The position numbers were made by a program, and so were the translations under genes. A stretch of DNA of 32,000 nt. Source: Kineococcus radiotolerans SRS30216 = ATCC BAA-149. Its GTDB lineage: Bacteria > Actinomycetota > Actinomycetes > Actinomycetales > Kineococcaceae. Below are positions 1-8,898 of the stretch, in pieces; the first letter of the stretch is position 1, and each line of letters opens with the position of its first letter. The stretch covers positions 4,680,001-4,712,000 of the forward strand of contig NC_009664.2 of the NCBI RefSeq assembly GCF_000017305.1, in the 5' to 3' direction. The notes beneath the pieces are model-generated. The model had not been told where the DNA came from, ran no database searches, and saw nothing but the letters and a program-made list of their open reading frames with translations.

Positions 1-683
1 TCGCGTTCGGGCTGAGCGCGACGGTGGCGCCGGTGACTGCGACGGTGCTGGCAGCGGTCCCCGCGCAGCAGGCAGGGGTGGCGGCAGGGGTCAACAACGC
101 CGTCGCTCGCACGGCTCAGCTGATCGCTATCAGCGCGCTGCCTCTCGTCGTTGGGCTCAACGGCACGGCGTACACCGATCCCCAGGCCATCAGCGAGGCA
201 TTCGCGACCGCGATGCGTATGTGCGCAGTCCTCGCACTCACCGGCGCAGCCATCGCCTGGGCGATGATCCGCACCCCGCCACCGCGTTCGCGAGCAATTC
301 CTCCACGAGCAGGAGCTGGGGAATCAGACACGGTGGCCGGTCGTGCGCCCAGCAGGCCCCCCAGCGAGTCCAGTGCCCGGGCGGTGGTGCCTCCGGCTGC
401 GGGGCCGATCGGTGGCCCAGCCGAGCTGATGGCGGATCGGCGGTCAAGCCGACCGGTAGGCAGGCAGGCGCCCGAGGTGACGCACGGACCGATATCAGCG
501 GCGATGGACGCGGCGATGGACGCGGCAACGGGTGAGGCACCCCTTGTAGGGAAGAGGCAACTCTGGCACTGCGCCGTCGCCGACCCGCCACCTCTCACGG
601 CCGTGCTGCTGGGGGAGCCTGCACCGCTCAGCGCCCCCCGGACCTCCTCTCCAGGTCCTGACGGGCAACGCCACCATGGCTGA
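1..683 (+). CDS. MFS-type transporter, C-terminal part (5' end outside window) with long Pro/Ala/Ser-rich tail
   Basis: The ORF is open to the left window edge (track 24..683; frame continues to nt 3). Hydrophobic segments VLAAVPAQQAGVAAGVNNAVARTAQLIAISALPLVVGL and MRMCAVLALTGAAIAWAMI look like the last TM helices of DHA2/EmrB-type pumps. The last ~130 aa are low complexity. Confidence 0.55.
   Translation, partial: AFGLSATVAPVTATVLAAVPAQQAGVAAGVNNAVARTAQLIAISALPLVVGLNGTAYTDPQAISEAFATAMRMCAVLALTGAAIAWAMIRTPPPRSRAIPPRAGAGESDTVAGRAPSRPPSESSARAVVPPAAGPIGGPAELMADRRSSRPVGRQAPEVTHGPISAAMDAAMDAATGEAPLVGKRQLWHCAVADPPPLTAVLLGEPAPLSAPRTSSPGPDGQRHHG
498..526 (+). repeat. 12-nt in-frame tandem duplication (gcggcgatggac x2 plus partial third unit)
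   Basis: Read directly: gcggcgatggac at 498-509 and 510-521, then gcggc. It encodes AAMDAAMDAA in the low-complexity tail of the MFS ORF. Confidence 0.8.
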
Positions 684-954
684 TCGGGTTCCATGAGGCC
701 CCCTCGGCGGGACGCACGGGCCGGCCTGGCGTGGATCGGCGCCTCACTGGCTCGCGCCCGCAGTCCACGGCCACGCAGACGGCGTCTTGGAAGCAGTCAG
801 GTAACGGATGCCAAGAGGATCTGGGTGCGCCACGCTAGGGCGAACCTGCCGGGGCGGTGAGTCGAGCTTGACCGCTGTCGAACAGACTGCACGGGGCCTT
901 AACACCCATCCGCGTGGGCGCGGGCAACGAACACATCGCCAGTGAAATACGGAA

Positions 955-975
955 CAGAAGCGCATATTGCTTCTG
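955..975. promoter_or_regulatory. Perfect 7-bp inverted repeat CAGAAGC-N7-GCTTCTG, candidate operator upstream of oxidoreductase/AKR pair
   Basis: Seen in the most AT-rich patch of the 684..1027 intergenic region, 53 nt upstream of ATG 1028. Its function is only inferred. Confidence 0.25.
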
Positions 976-1027
976 CAGATACGGCTACATTTCAGCACCG
1001 TGGAACAATCGAGCACGAGGAGTGCAC

Positions 1028-1675
1028 ATGACAGTCGTCGGTATCATCGGTAGCGGAAACATCGGCGCACAGGTCGCGCGCCGCGCGGTCAGCGTCGGCT
1101 ACGACGTGGCCATCGCAAATTCCCGGGGCCCGCAGACCCTTGAAGGTCTCATCGAGGAGCTCGGCCCGCGAGCTCGAGCGGTGGATGTCGAGGAAGCCGC
1201 CCGAGCCGCGGACGTCGTCGTGGTGGCCATCCCCATCGACAAGTACCCCCAGCTGCCAGCTGATGCCTTCGCCGGCAAGGTCGTCCTGGACGCCGGCAAC
1301 TACTACCCGGACTGGAACGGCCGCTTCCCCGCCCTCGACGACGAATCGACCACGACAGCGGAGCTGCTGCAGGAACACTTGAGCGCCAGTCACGTGGTGA
1401 AGGCGTTCAGCAACATCGCCGCAGCCGACATCACCACCGACGGGCAGCCGGCGGGGAGCCCGTCCCGGCGCGCGTTGATCATCGCCGGCGACGATGAAGC
1501 AGCCAAGGAGCAGGCGACGCGGCTGATCAACGCCTTCGGCTTCGACGTCGTCGATGCAGGCAAGCTGGCGGAGGGCTGGCGCTACCAGCGCGACACCCCC
1601 GCCTACGGCGCCCGCTTGGATGTCGACGGCGCCCGGCGCGCACTGTCCGAGGCGCGGCGCTACCGGGACATGTGA
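1028..1675 (+). CDS. NAD(P)-binding oxidoreductase, F420-dependent NADP oxidoreductase (NpdG-like) family
   Basis: ATG 1028 lies 5 nt after GAGGAG (1017-1022), and the N-terminal Rossmann motif is VGIIGSGNIG. It is a paralogue of 16961..17566 (shared IANSRGPQ/ISNSRGPQ and VVKAFSN/LVKAFNT blocks). I trimmed the longer track ORF (914) to the RBS-supported start. Confidence 0.8.
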   Translation: MTVVGIIGSGNIGAQVARRAVSVGYDVAIANSRGPQTLEGLIEELGPRARAVDVEEAARAADVVVVAIPIDKYPQLPADAFAGKVVLDAGNYYPDWNGRFPALDDESTTTAELLQEHLSASHVVKAFSNIAAADITTDGQPAGSPSRRALIIAGDDEAAKEQATRLINAFGFDVVDAGKLAEGWRYQRDTPAYGARLDVDGARRALSEARRYRDM

Positions 1676-2718
1676 GGCAGGCGGTGGACTACCGCACGCT
1701 GGGGCGCACCGGCGTCAGCGTCAGCACCACATGCCTGGGGGCCATGATGCTCGGGCCGTGGGGCAACCCCGACCCGGAGGAGGGCGTAGCCATCGTCCAG
1801 CAAGCCCTCGACGCCGGTATCAACTTCATCGACACCGCCGACGTGTACTCCGCCGGCGAGTCCGAGCGAATCGTCGGCAAAGCCTTGGCCGGCGGTCGCC
1901 GGGAGAACGTCGTCCTGGCCACCAAGTTCCACAACGCGATGGGGCAGGACCGCAACCAGCGGGGAAACTCCCGCCGCTGGATCATGACGGCGGTAGAAGA
2001 TTCCTTGCGTCGCCTGGGCACCGACTGGATCGACCTCTACCAGGTGCACCGCCCCAGCACCGAGGTCGACGTCGAGGAGACCCTCGCCGCCTTGAGCGAC
2101 CTGGTCCACCAGGGCAAGGTGCGATACGTCGGATCCACCACCTTCCCCGCCAGCCAGATCGTCGAGGCGCAGTGGGTGGCCAGAGACCGGCACCTGCAGC
2201 GGTTCGTGACTGAGCAGCCGTCCTACTCCCTGCTGACCCGCGGCGCAGAGAACGACGTTCTGCCCACCGCCGCCCGCCACGGTATGGGCGTCATGACCTA
2301 CAGCCCTCTAGCAGGAGGGTGGTTGTCGGGGCGCTGGCGCAGGGATGCCGCTGACTTGGCGCCTACGGCCCCGGCGCGGCAACGGCTGCGGGAACGCTTC
2401 GACCTCGCGCTGCCGCAGAACCAGCGCAAGCTCGAGGCCGCTGACGCTCTGGGAGGGTTGGCTGATCAGGCCGGCCTGAGCCTGATCCAGATGGCCATCG
2501 CCTTCGTGATCAACCACCCGGCGGTGACCTCGGTGATCATCGGACCGCGTACCCTTGAGCAACTGCACTCCCAACTTGCAGCCGACGGCGTGGTCCTGCC
2601 CCCTGACCTCCTGGACCACATCGACGGTGTTGTCGCTCCAGGAGTGACGCTCAACGCCGCGGACGAAGGCCTAGACAACCCCCACTTGCAGCCCGCGGCC
2701 CGTCGGCGCAGCGTCTGA
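1672..2718 (+). CDS. Aldo/keto reductase
   Basis: GTG 1672 overlaps the upstream stop (GTGA), which suggests coupling. AKR-type blocks are YRTLGRTGVSVS, FIDTADVYSAGESE, VLATKF, IDLYQVHRP and KVRYVGSTTF. Confidence 0.9.
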   Translation: MRQAVDYRTLGRTGVSVSTTCLGAMMLGPWGNPDPEEGVAIVQQALDAGINFIDTADVYSAGESERIVGKALAGGRRENVVLATKFHNAMGQDRNQRGNSRRWIMTAVEDSLRRLGTDWIDLYQVHRPSTEVDVEETLAALSDLVHQGKVRYVGSTTFPASQIVEAQWVARDRHLQRFVTEQPSYSLLTRGAENDVLPTAARHGMGVMTYSPLAGGWLSGRWRRDAADLAPTAPARQRLRERFDLALPQNQRKLEAADALGGLADQAGLSLIQMAIAFVINHPAVTSVIIGPRTLEQLHSQLAADGVVLPPDLLDHIDGVVAPGVTLNAADEGLDNPHLQPAARRRSV

Positions 2719-2942
2719 GGCGCTCGTCGGCGCAGTCCCTAGGGCCCACGTTGCGGCCCCGCCCTGAGGTGCCTCCGCGGCATCTCATGTGGGACCCACG
2801 TCGTGGTGGATGCGGGTGCGACGGCTATAACACGACAACTTCACCTGCTACGCCCGCAGCGTCGAAGCGACGAGGTTGAGCGTCCTGACCCTCACCCTGC
2901 CGGGGGGAGGCGGGCCCACAGCCGCTCAGTGGACAGCAGCCG

Positions 2943-3254
2943 TCATCCGCGGCGGAATGCCAGTTTCGCCCGAGGGTGAGGCCGCAGCCCAGGCGACAAA
3001 CAGGACGCCGACCTACGAGCCTGCACCGACCGCGGTGACTGCACCGGCTCGACCGGCTCGACCGGCTCGACCGGCTCCACCGGCACGACGGGCCCGTAGC
3101 CTCGATGGACGCTGATGACGCCGTCGCGGAGACCAGCTCGCGGCGTGAGCTGGTAGCCCTCCTGGGGCGCGATGTGCTGGAGAGGCCGGAAGGTGAGCGG
3201 CGTCTCAGGCCGCACCCGGGATAGCAACACGGTTGCCGCGGGCACCCCTGGCAC
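2943..3254 (-). CDS. Hypothetical protein with (PVE)4 repeat
   Basis: This 103-aa ORF has a GTG start directly after an in-frame TAG. Third-position GC is high in its first two thirds and higher than in the overlapping + strand ORF 2876..3115. It contains the 9-nt tandem repeat. No family recognised. Confidence 0.3.
   Translation of the reverse strand: MPGVPAATVLLSRVRPETPLTFRPLQHIAPQEGYQLTPRAGLRDGVISVHRGYGPVVPVEPVEPVEPVEPVQSPRSVQARRSASCLSPGLRPHPRAKLAFRRG
3043..3084. repeat. 9-nt tandem repeat (accggctcg x3, then accggctcc and a partial unit accggc)
   Basis: Read directly at 3043-3084. It translates to PVEPVEPVEPVEPV on the minus strand or PARPARPARPAPPA on the plus strand. Confidence 0.9.
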
Positions 3255-3962
3255 CTACGACCCCATGCTCTCCCAGCCTCTGCCTATGCCCTGACGGGGA
3301 TGCCTACGTCATGCGTCCTCTCGGTACCCAGTGTGGCAGCCCCCGGTGGAGGCCAAGGGTGGGATGCGGCATGAACGCGCCGGCTCCGAGGTAGGCCACG
3401 CCCTCCGGCGAGGCGACGGTGTCGGCCTGGGACCTGACGCGCTCTGCCGGCTGAGGCTTCCAACACGCTCAGATCCTTCAACCTAGGCAAGGGGCAGCCC
3501 GCGCAGTCGGCTCTGGCGCCGAGTTGCCCCTGCCATCGAGATGGGTGAGAAGTACTGGCCAGCGCCGAAGCCGTGCCCCTTCTCTTGTCGTCCCCGGCGT
3601 CCAACCGCACTGGTCAGCAACAGCACCTCCGCCAACCCTTGGCGCTGTGGCGCCACCAGCCGTAGACCACTGATCTCGAAGCGGGTATCGCCAGGGACGG
3701 TAGGCAAGACGGCGCCGACACAAGCGTCGGCCCGATCCACCTCGCCGATTCTGCCCGCCTTGACCGAGCCCAAGGCCGCAGAGCGGCCCACGCTGGCGTG
3801 GCCACAGGCCGGCGATCGCGTCCCCTTCCGCGGAGGCAATGCCTGGGCCGTCCTTGGCGCGAGGTCGTGCACGTCGTGGGCCCGTCGCCGGTCGTTTGCC
3901 TCTGGCCCGAAGGTGCTGCTGCTCGATCGCTGCTCGGTAAGCCGGGCGCAGCCTTCAGCGCC

Positions 3963-4331
3963 TCAACGGTGCAGGTGCCGAACCCAGTCAGTCGGCACCC
4001 GGTCCGCGGGCCCGGGAGCGCTCTGGTCCTCCGGGTGGTGCTGGGGAGAGGCGAGCTCAGGGCCGCCGGCGTAGGTGGTGTCGCTGGTGAAGTCGTAGAA
4101 CCATTCCTCGCCGGGCTCGAAGCTGCGCACGATCGGGTGCCCCGTGCCGGCGGCGTGCCCGCGGGCGTGCTGGCTGGGGGAGGAGTCGCAGCAGCCGACG
4201 TGGCCGCACGCGGCGCAACGACGCAAGTGGAACCACCACCCCTTCGGGGTGGCGACCTCGCAGTCTGCACAGCCGGGACCGCTGGGAGCCATGGTGGGAT
4301 CGATGGGCTCGATGACGTCAGGGGTGCTCAC
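3963..4331 (-). CDS. UBP-type zinc-finger domain protein
   Basis: The Cys/His pattern GCADCE...RRCAACGHVGCCDSSPSQHARGHAAGTGHP matches the ZnF-UBP signature. GTG 4331 is preceded by GAGGAGAAGG. It lies 53 nt downstream of the kinase gene on the same strand. Confidence 0.85.
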   Translation of the reverse strand: MSTPDVIEPIDPTMAPSGPGCADCEVATPKGWWFHLRRCAACGHVGCCDSSPSQHARGHAAGTGHPIVRSFEPGEEWFYDFTSDTTYAGGPELASPQHHPEDQSAPGPADRVPTDWVRHLHR

Positions 4332-4384
4332 AGTGCGCCTTCTCCTCAGGTAGGGGTACTCGATCAGAACAGGAATGGTCAGCC

Positions 4385-6151
4385 TCAGGGCTCGTGTCGC
4401 TGTGCCTCGCCAGGGTCAACCGCGCCCAGATCCGTCGGCAACCACACCCGGAAGACCGTCCTCCCCGGCTCACTGGTCACCGCCAGCCGGCCACGGTGAC
4501 GCTGCACCACCACCCGCCAGGCGATGTCCAGGCCCAGCCCAGTGCCCTGCCCGACGCCCTTCGTGGTGACGAAGGGCTCGAAGATCCGCGGCAGCACCTC
4601 CGGGTCGATCCCCGGGCCGTTGTCGATGACTTCCACCACGACACCACCCTCCAGAGTGTCCGGCCCGACCCGCACGATGACCCTGCCCTCCCGCTCAGGC
4701 GTCTCCGCCAAGGCGTCCAACGCGTTGTCGAGCAGGTTCGTCCACACCTGGGTCAGCTCCCCGGCGTGAGCGAGGACCTGAGGCACCTCGGCGTACTCCC
4801 GGACGATGCTCACGCCCTGCGGGGCCCGCCCGGCGCCGGCGCCGAGCATGTCGATGCTGGCGTCGATCAGCTCGCGCACATCCACCCAGCGTGTCGGGGC
4901 CCGGTCCAGCTGGGCGTAGCTGCCAGCCGAGGCCAGCAACGCGCTGATGCGGGCGCTGGCGGCGGCGGCTTCGGCGACGAGCCCGTCCACGGCGAGGGTG
5001 CGGGCCAACCAGACCACCGCCTGCGCCGCGCCTCGTGCCGCAGTCCCGTCTCCAGGTCCGTCCTCGAGTCCAGGTTCAGCTGCGGATCCCGCCGCCCTCG
5101 CTCCGGCCAGCGCCGCGATCTCTTCGGGCCGGGCTCCGTGCTCGGCCAGCGTCGTCGCCAGCTCCTCGAGCAGTGCCTGCTGGGCGTCGTCCGCATCTTC
5201 GCTTGCGGCCTCGTTCCCGTCGCGGAGCCCTCTACTGCTGCTGCCACTGACCGTGCTGCCCTCCTCGAGGGCTGCGATCTCGCCCACTCCGAGGTCCTCC
5301 AAGACTTCCAGCAGGGCGTCCTCGGCGTCTGCGCGGGCCAGGACGTTCCCTGCCGGTCCCTGCCGTCCAGCGAGGTCGTCCCGAGCCTGCGCCAGCTGCG
5401 CCCCTCCGGGCAGAATCCGGACCAGATCGTGGTGCAGAGCCGCCACCTCTTCACGCAGCTGAGCCACGCTGCGGCTTAACGCCGCGGCCGGGTTGCCCAG
5501 CTCGTGGGTCAGCCCGGCGGTGAGCGAACCCAGAGCGATGAGGCGCTCGCGGGCGCTGGTGAGGCGCTGGGTCTCGGTCAGGCCGATGCGCAGCCCGGCG
5601 AGCAGGTGAACGGCCATCGGGAACCACTCACGCACCGCGGCGCCGAACTCCGCGGCGGGCATGGTGAAGAAGCGCGACGGCTCCAGGACGCGCAACGACG
5701 TGTTGTACCCCGTCGGTGCCTGCTCGCCCATGTAGGCCTCCCAGGCGCCGGCGTAGACACCACGCTGGCGGGTACGGCCCAGCTCCAGGTCCTCATCACC
5801 CGTGCGGTGGTGCAGCGCCAACGCCCCTTCGAGCAAGATGAAGAGCCAGCGCGGCTCCTCCTCCTGCCGGTACAGCCAACCGGGTTCGGCGTCCAGAACA
5901 CGGCCCGCGGCGGCGATGCGTTGCAGCTGAGAGTCGCTGAGGTGCTCGAAGAGGAAGAGGGTGCGCAGCTCCTCCGGACTCAGCCGTCGAGGACTGTCGT
6001 GGGAGGCATGCACCGGATCATCGCCCACCCGCTGGTCGTGCCGCTGCAGGGCACTCTCCGTTCCGCGCCCCGGCTCAGCGGGAGGCAGCGACCCGGTGAC
6101 GGACGAGTGTCCATCGGAGCTGCTCACGTCGCCGCTCACGTCGCTGCTCAT
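4385..6151 (-). CDS. Sensor histidine kinase with N-terminal cyclic-nucleotide-binding-like domain
   Basis: The cNMP-like region runs LFLFEHLSDSQLQRIAAAGRVLDAEPGWLYRQEEEPRWLFILLEGAL. The H-box is LTHELGNPAAAL and the HATPase_c blocks are NLLDNALDAL, DNGPGI and GTGLGLDI. ATG 6151 overlaps the stop of the upstream gene (ATGA). Confidence 0.9.
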   Translation of the reverse strand: MSSDVSGDVSSSDGHSSVTGSLPPAEPGRGTESALQRHDQRVGDDPVHASHDSPRRLSPEELRTLFLFEHLSDSQLQRIAAAGRVLDAEPGWLYRQEEEPRWLFILLEGALALHHRTGDEDLELGRTRQRGVYAGAWEAYMGEQAPTGYNTSLRVLEPSRFFTMPAAEFGAAVREWFPMAVHLLAGLRIGLTETQRLTSARERLIALGSLTAGLTHELGNPAAALSRSVAQLREEVAALHHDLVRILPGGAQLAQARDDLAGRQGPAGNVLARADAEDALLEVLEDLGVGEIAALEEGSTVSGSSSRGLRDGNEAASEDADDAQQALLEELATTLAEHGARPEEIAALAGARAAGSAAEPGLEDGPGDGTAARGAAQAVVWLARTLAVDGLVAEAAAASARISALLASAGSYAQLDRAPTRWVDVRELIDASIDMLGAGAGRAPQGVSIVREYAEVPQVLAHAGELTQVWTNLLDNALDALAETPEREGRVIVRVGPDTLEGGVVVEVIDNGPGIDPEVLPRIFEPFVTTKGVGQGTGLGLDIAWRVVVQRHRGRLAVTSEPGRTVFRVWLPTDLGAVDPGEAQRHEP

Positions 6152-7884
6152 GACTGTGCCAGGTAGCGGTGCACAAGCATGACGGCCATCGCGCCCTCAC
6201 CCACCGCGGAAGCAACCCGCTTGACCGACTCAGCGCGTGCGTCGCCGGCGACGAACACTCCCGGGACCGAGGTCTCCAGGTGGTAGGGGGCGCGGTCCAG
6301 TACCCACCCCGGCGGCCGGTCGCCCTCGCGGTGTAGGTCGGGGCCGGCGACGATGAAGCCCTTCGCATCGCGTTCGACGACACCGTCGAGCCAGCTGGTG
6401 CGCGGTTCGGCCCCGATGAAGACGAACACGTGCTGGGCAGCGACCTCCCGCTCGTCTCCGCCGGCCCGGTCGCGCAGCACGATCGAGGAGAGGTGCTCAC
6501 CGCCGCGAGCTTGGACCACCTCGGTGCAGGTGAGGACCCGAATGTTGGGCCGCTGGGCGATCTGCTCGATCAGGTACGACGACATCGACGCGTCAATGGA
6601 GGGTCCCCGCACGAGCATGGTGACGCTGCGAGCCGAGCGAGCCAGGTTCACCGCCGACTGCCCGGCGGAGTTCGCCGCGCCGACGACGAACACGTCCTCG
6701 TCGGCGCAGGCGTTGGCCTCTGACAAGGCCGCGCCGTAGTAGATGCCGCGCCCGGTGTACTGCTCCACGCCTGGCCCCTGCAGCGTGCGGTAGGCGACCC
6801 CGGTGGCCAGGAGGACCGTGTGGGCGGCGACGCTGGTGCCGTCGGTGAAGTGCAGTACCCGCGCGCTGCCTGAGACCTCCAAGCGGGTGACGCTGCGCGC
6901 CGAGAGCGTCTCTGCGCCGAACTTCGCGACCTGCCGCCGGGCCCGGTCGGCCAGCTGCGCCCCCGACAGCCCGTCGGGGAAGCCGAGGTAGTTCTCGATG
7001 CGGGAGCTCTGCCCGGCCTGCCCACCCGTGGCGCGCTCCTCGATCATGACGGTGCGCAGCCCTTCCGAGGCCGCGTACACCGCCGCGCCGAGCCCCGCGG
7101 GACCCCCACCGACGATCGCGACGTCGTAGAAGTCCCGGGCAGGCCGGGTGCTCAGACCGACGTGCTCAGCCAGCGTCGTGTCGTCAGGATCGACCAGGAC
7201 TGCCGGCCGCCCGCCCTCAGCGGCCGAGGTGCCCGGCCGCGGCGGGGTCAAGACCACGGGCAGGCGGATCGGACCCTCCAGCCGGCCCAGGTCATCGGTC
7301 CAGCCCAGACCCGCCGCCTCCAGCAACCGCCCGGCCTCCGCTTCGTCCACGCGCAACCAGCGGTAGGGGACCTCGTTGCGGGCGAGGAAGTCGCGCACCG
7401 CGAAAGAGCGCGCCGACCAGCGGTCCCCGATCACCACCACCTCGTCAGCCGGGCGTGGTGGAGCGGCATGCCAAGACTCCAGCAGGGCGTCCAGCACCGG
7501 GTAGAGCTTCTCCTCCGGCGGGTTCCACGGCTTGAGGAGGTAGTGGTCGAGGTCGACGTCGTTGATGGCGCGGATGGCCGCGGAGGTGTCGGCGTAGGCG
7601 GTCAGCAGGACCCGGCGCGCGGTGGGGAAGAGGTCCATCGCCTGCTCGAGCAGCTGCACGCCGTCCATCTGCGGCATCCGGTAGTCGGCGAGGACGGCCG
7701 CGACCGTCCCGCCGCGAAGCTTCACCTCCCGCAGCGCCGCGATCGCGTCGTCGCCGCAGTCGGCCCGGAGCACGCGGTAGGCCTGGCCGTAGCGGCGGCG
7801 CAGGTCGCGGGCGACCGCCCGCGACACCGCGGGGTCGTCGTCGACGGTCATGAGCACGGGGCGGCTCACCGCGGCGTCAGGCAT
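6148..7884 (-). CDS. Fused response-regulator receiver / thioredoxin-reductase-like FAD oxidoreductase
   Basis: The N-terminal REC domain shows VLMTVDDDP..., ADYRMPQMDG and LLKPW. The C-terminal FAD/NAD(P) fold shows YDVAIVGGGPAGLGAAVYAASEG, ATGGQ, VVGAANSAGQSA and VFVAGDA. There is no CxxC anywhere in the protein. Confidence 0.9.
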   Translation of the reverse strand: MPDAAVSRPVLMTVDDDPAVSRAVARDLRRRYGQAYRVLRADCGDDAIAALREVKLRGGTVAAVLADYRMPQMDGVQLLEQAMDLFPTARRVLLTAYADTSAAIRAINDVDLDHYLLKPWNPPEEKLYPVLDALLESWHAAPPRPADEVVVIGDRWSARSFAVRDFLARNEVPYRWLRVDEAEAGRLLEAAGLGWTDDLGRLEGPIRLPVVLTPPRPGTSAAEGGRPAVLVDPDDTTLAEHVGLSTRPARDFYDVAIVGGGPAGLGAAVYAASEGLRTVMIEERATGGQAGQSSRIENYLGFPDGLSGAQLADRARRQVAKFGAETLSARSVTRLEVSGSARVLHFTDGTSVAAHTVLLATGVAYRTLQGPGVEQYTGRGIYYGAALSEANACADEDVFVVGAANSAGQSAVNLARSARSVTMLVRGPSIDASMSSYLIEQIAQRPNIRVLTCTEVVQARGGEHLSSIVLRDRAGGDEREVAAQHVFVFIGAEPRTSWLDGVVERDAKGFIVAGPDLHREGDRPPGWVLDRAPYHLETSVPGVFVAGDARAESVKRVASAVGEGAMAVMLVHRYLAQS

Positions 7885-7938
7885 GTCAGGAAGCTCGCAC
7901 CCGCGCCCTGACGGGTCAAGGGCCGCAGGCCGAAGTCA

Positions 7939-7953
7939 GTCAGGTGACGGATG
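7939..7953 (+). promoter_or_regulatory. CACGTG-core motif copy A (GTCAGGTGACGGATG)
   Basis: One mismatch to the 15-mer found at 9915 and 19408(rc). It lies 55-70 nt upstream of ATG 7884 of the minus-strand operon. Confidence 0.4.
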
Positions 7954-8349
7954 GGCTGGACGCAAGCACCCATCGCACGGGGGCGGGTGCTCGGCGCGAC
8001 GGTGACGAGACTGCGCGTCAGTGCGCCCGGCGAGGTGGGCGGTTTGCCGGAGGCAGTTCGGGGCGGGACATCCGCTGATCTTCCGCCCACGCCGCGCCGG
8101 CCGAGCACGTGATCCGTCGTGTGAGAAGTCGGCAGGATGCCGCGTCCTGCTGCTGACGGCGCCGGACACGCAGACGGCGTGGCCGCAACAACGCACGGAC
8201 TTTGACCGGATCCTGAGAGGGCTGAGCCGGAGTCGTCCGGCCTTGGACGACCTTTCAGGTCGGCGTGTCTGCCGCTGCTACGCGAGGTAGGGCAGGGCAT
8301 GCCCATCCTTCACCGAACAATGGTCCCGTCGGGGCTGCTTCAAGAAAAC

Positions 8350-8811
8350 TCACACCTCAGGGCGACTGGAAGCGGCGCTGGGGGGCGGCGCCATCATCGA
8401 GGCAGGGCAAGACGCCACCGGCAGATGCCTGGGGCGCGGAGGCCTCTCGGCCGGTGGAGGAAGCCAACCCGCAGGCGTCTCATGGGAGGACACCGACAGC
8501 ACTGACGAGACCGAGTCGGTTGTCGACACCAGCATCAAGCGAGTCATGCCTGCGGTCGGGAGCGAACTGGCCGTACTTGAGATGGCCGACGGAACCGAAG
8601 CCGTAGCCGTCTTAGCCAGGGCAGGAAAGGGTGAGGGGCCGCTGATGTACCCGGCTAGGGCACCAAAGAGCAGTGCCGGCAGTAGCGCCGCGGCAAGCAA
8701 GCCCGGCCGGGGAGCGCGAGTAGCGTCCACGGCCCACGGGACGAGAACCAGGGTTGCAAAGGAGACGACAGCACTACCGACTGCCCGTCGTATGCTGAGG
8801 CGTTCCGCCAT
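8350..8811 (-). CDS. Hypothetical small membrane protein (weak call)
   Basis: This is an internal ATG of track ORF 8350..8961 (MAERLSIRR...), followed by two hydrophobic helices (AVGSAVVSFATLVLVPWAV, LLAAALLPALLFGALAGYI). Third-position GC is only moderate, and it sits in a gene-poor region. Confidence 0.3.
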   Translation of the reverse strand: MAERLSIRRAVGSAVVSFATLVLVPWAVDATRAPRPGLLAAALLPALLFGALAGYISGPSPFPALAKTATASVPSAISSTASSLPTAGMTRLMLVSTTDSVSSVLSVSSHETPAGWLPPPAERPPRPRHLPVASCPASMMAPPPSAASSRPEV

Positions 8812-8883
8812 GACCAGACCCAATCTTCGCGCCGTCGCAACTACCGACGCACCCTCCCAGGTGCAGACGACACGCGTCCATCG

Positions 8884-8898
8884 GTCACGTGACGGACC
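8884..8898 (+). promoter_or_regulatory. CACGTG-core motif copy B (GTCACGTGACGGACC)
   Basis: It shares GTCACGTGACGGA with copies C and D. It lies 73 nt upstream of the candidate start at 8811 (minus strand). Confidence 0.35.

Noticed and set aside
2876-3115. 79-aa + strand ORF (PARPARPAR repeat)
   Set aside because: Many A/T-ending codons. The overlapping minus-strand frame has the better coding bias.
3483-3872. 129-aa minus-strand ORF as a gene
   Set aside because: Third-position GC is only moderate (about 70% by hand count versus clearly higher in neighbouring genes), there is no recognisable family, and the start is unclear. I kept it only as a possible relic in a finding.
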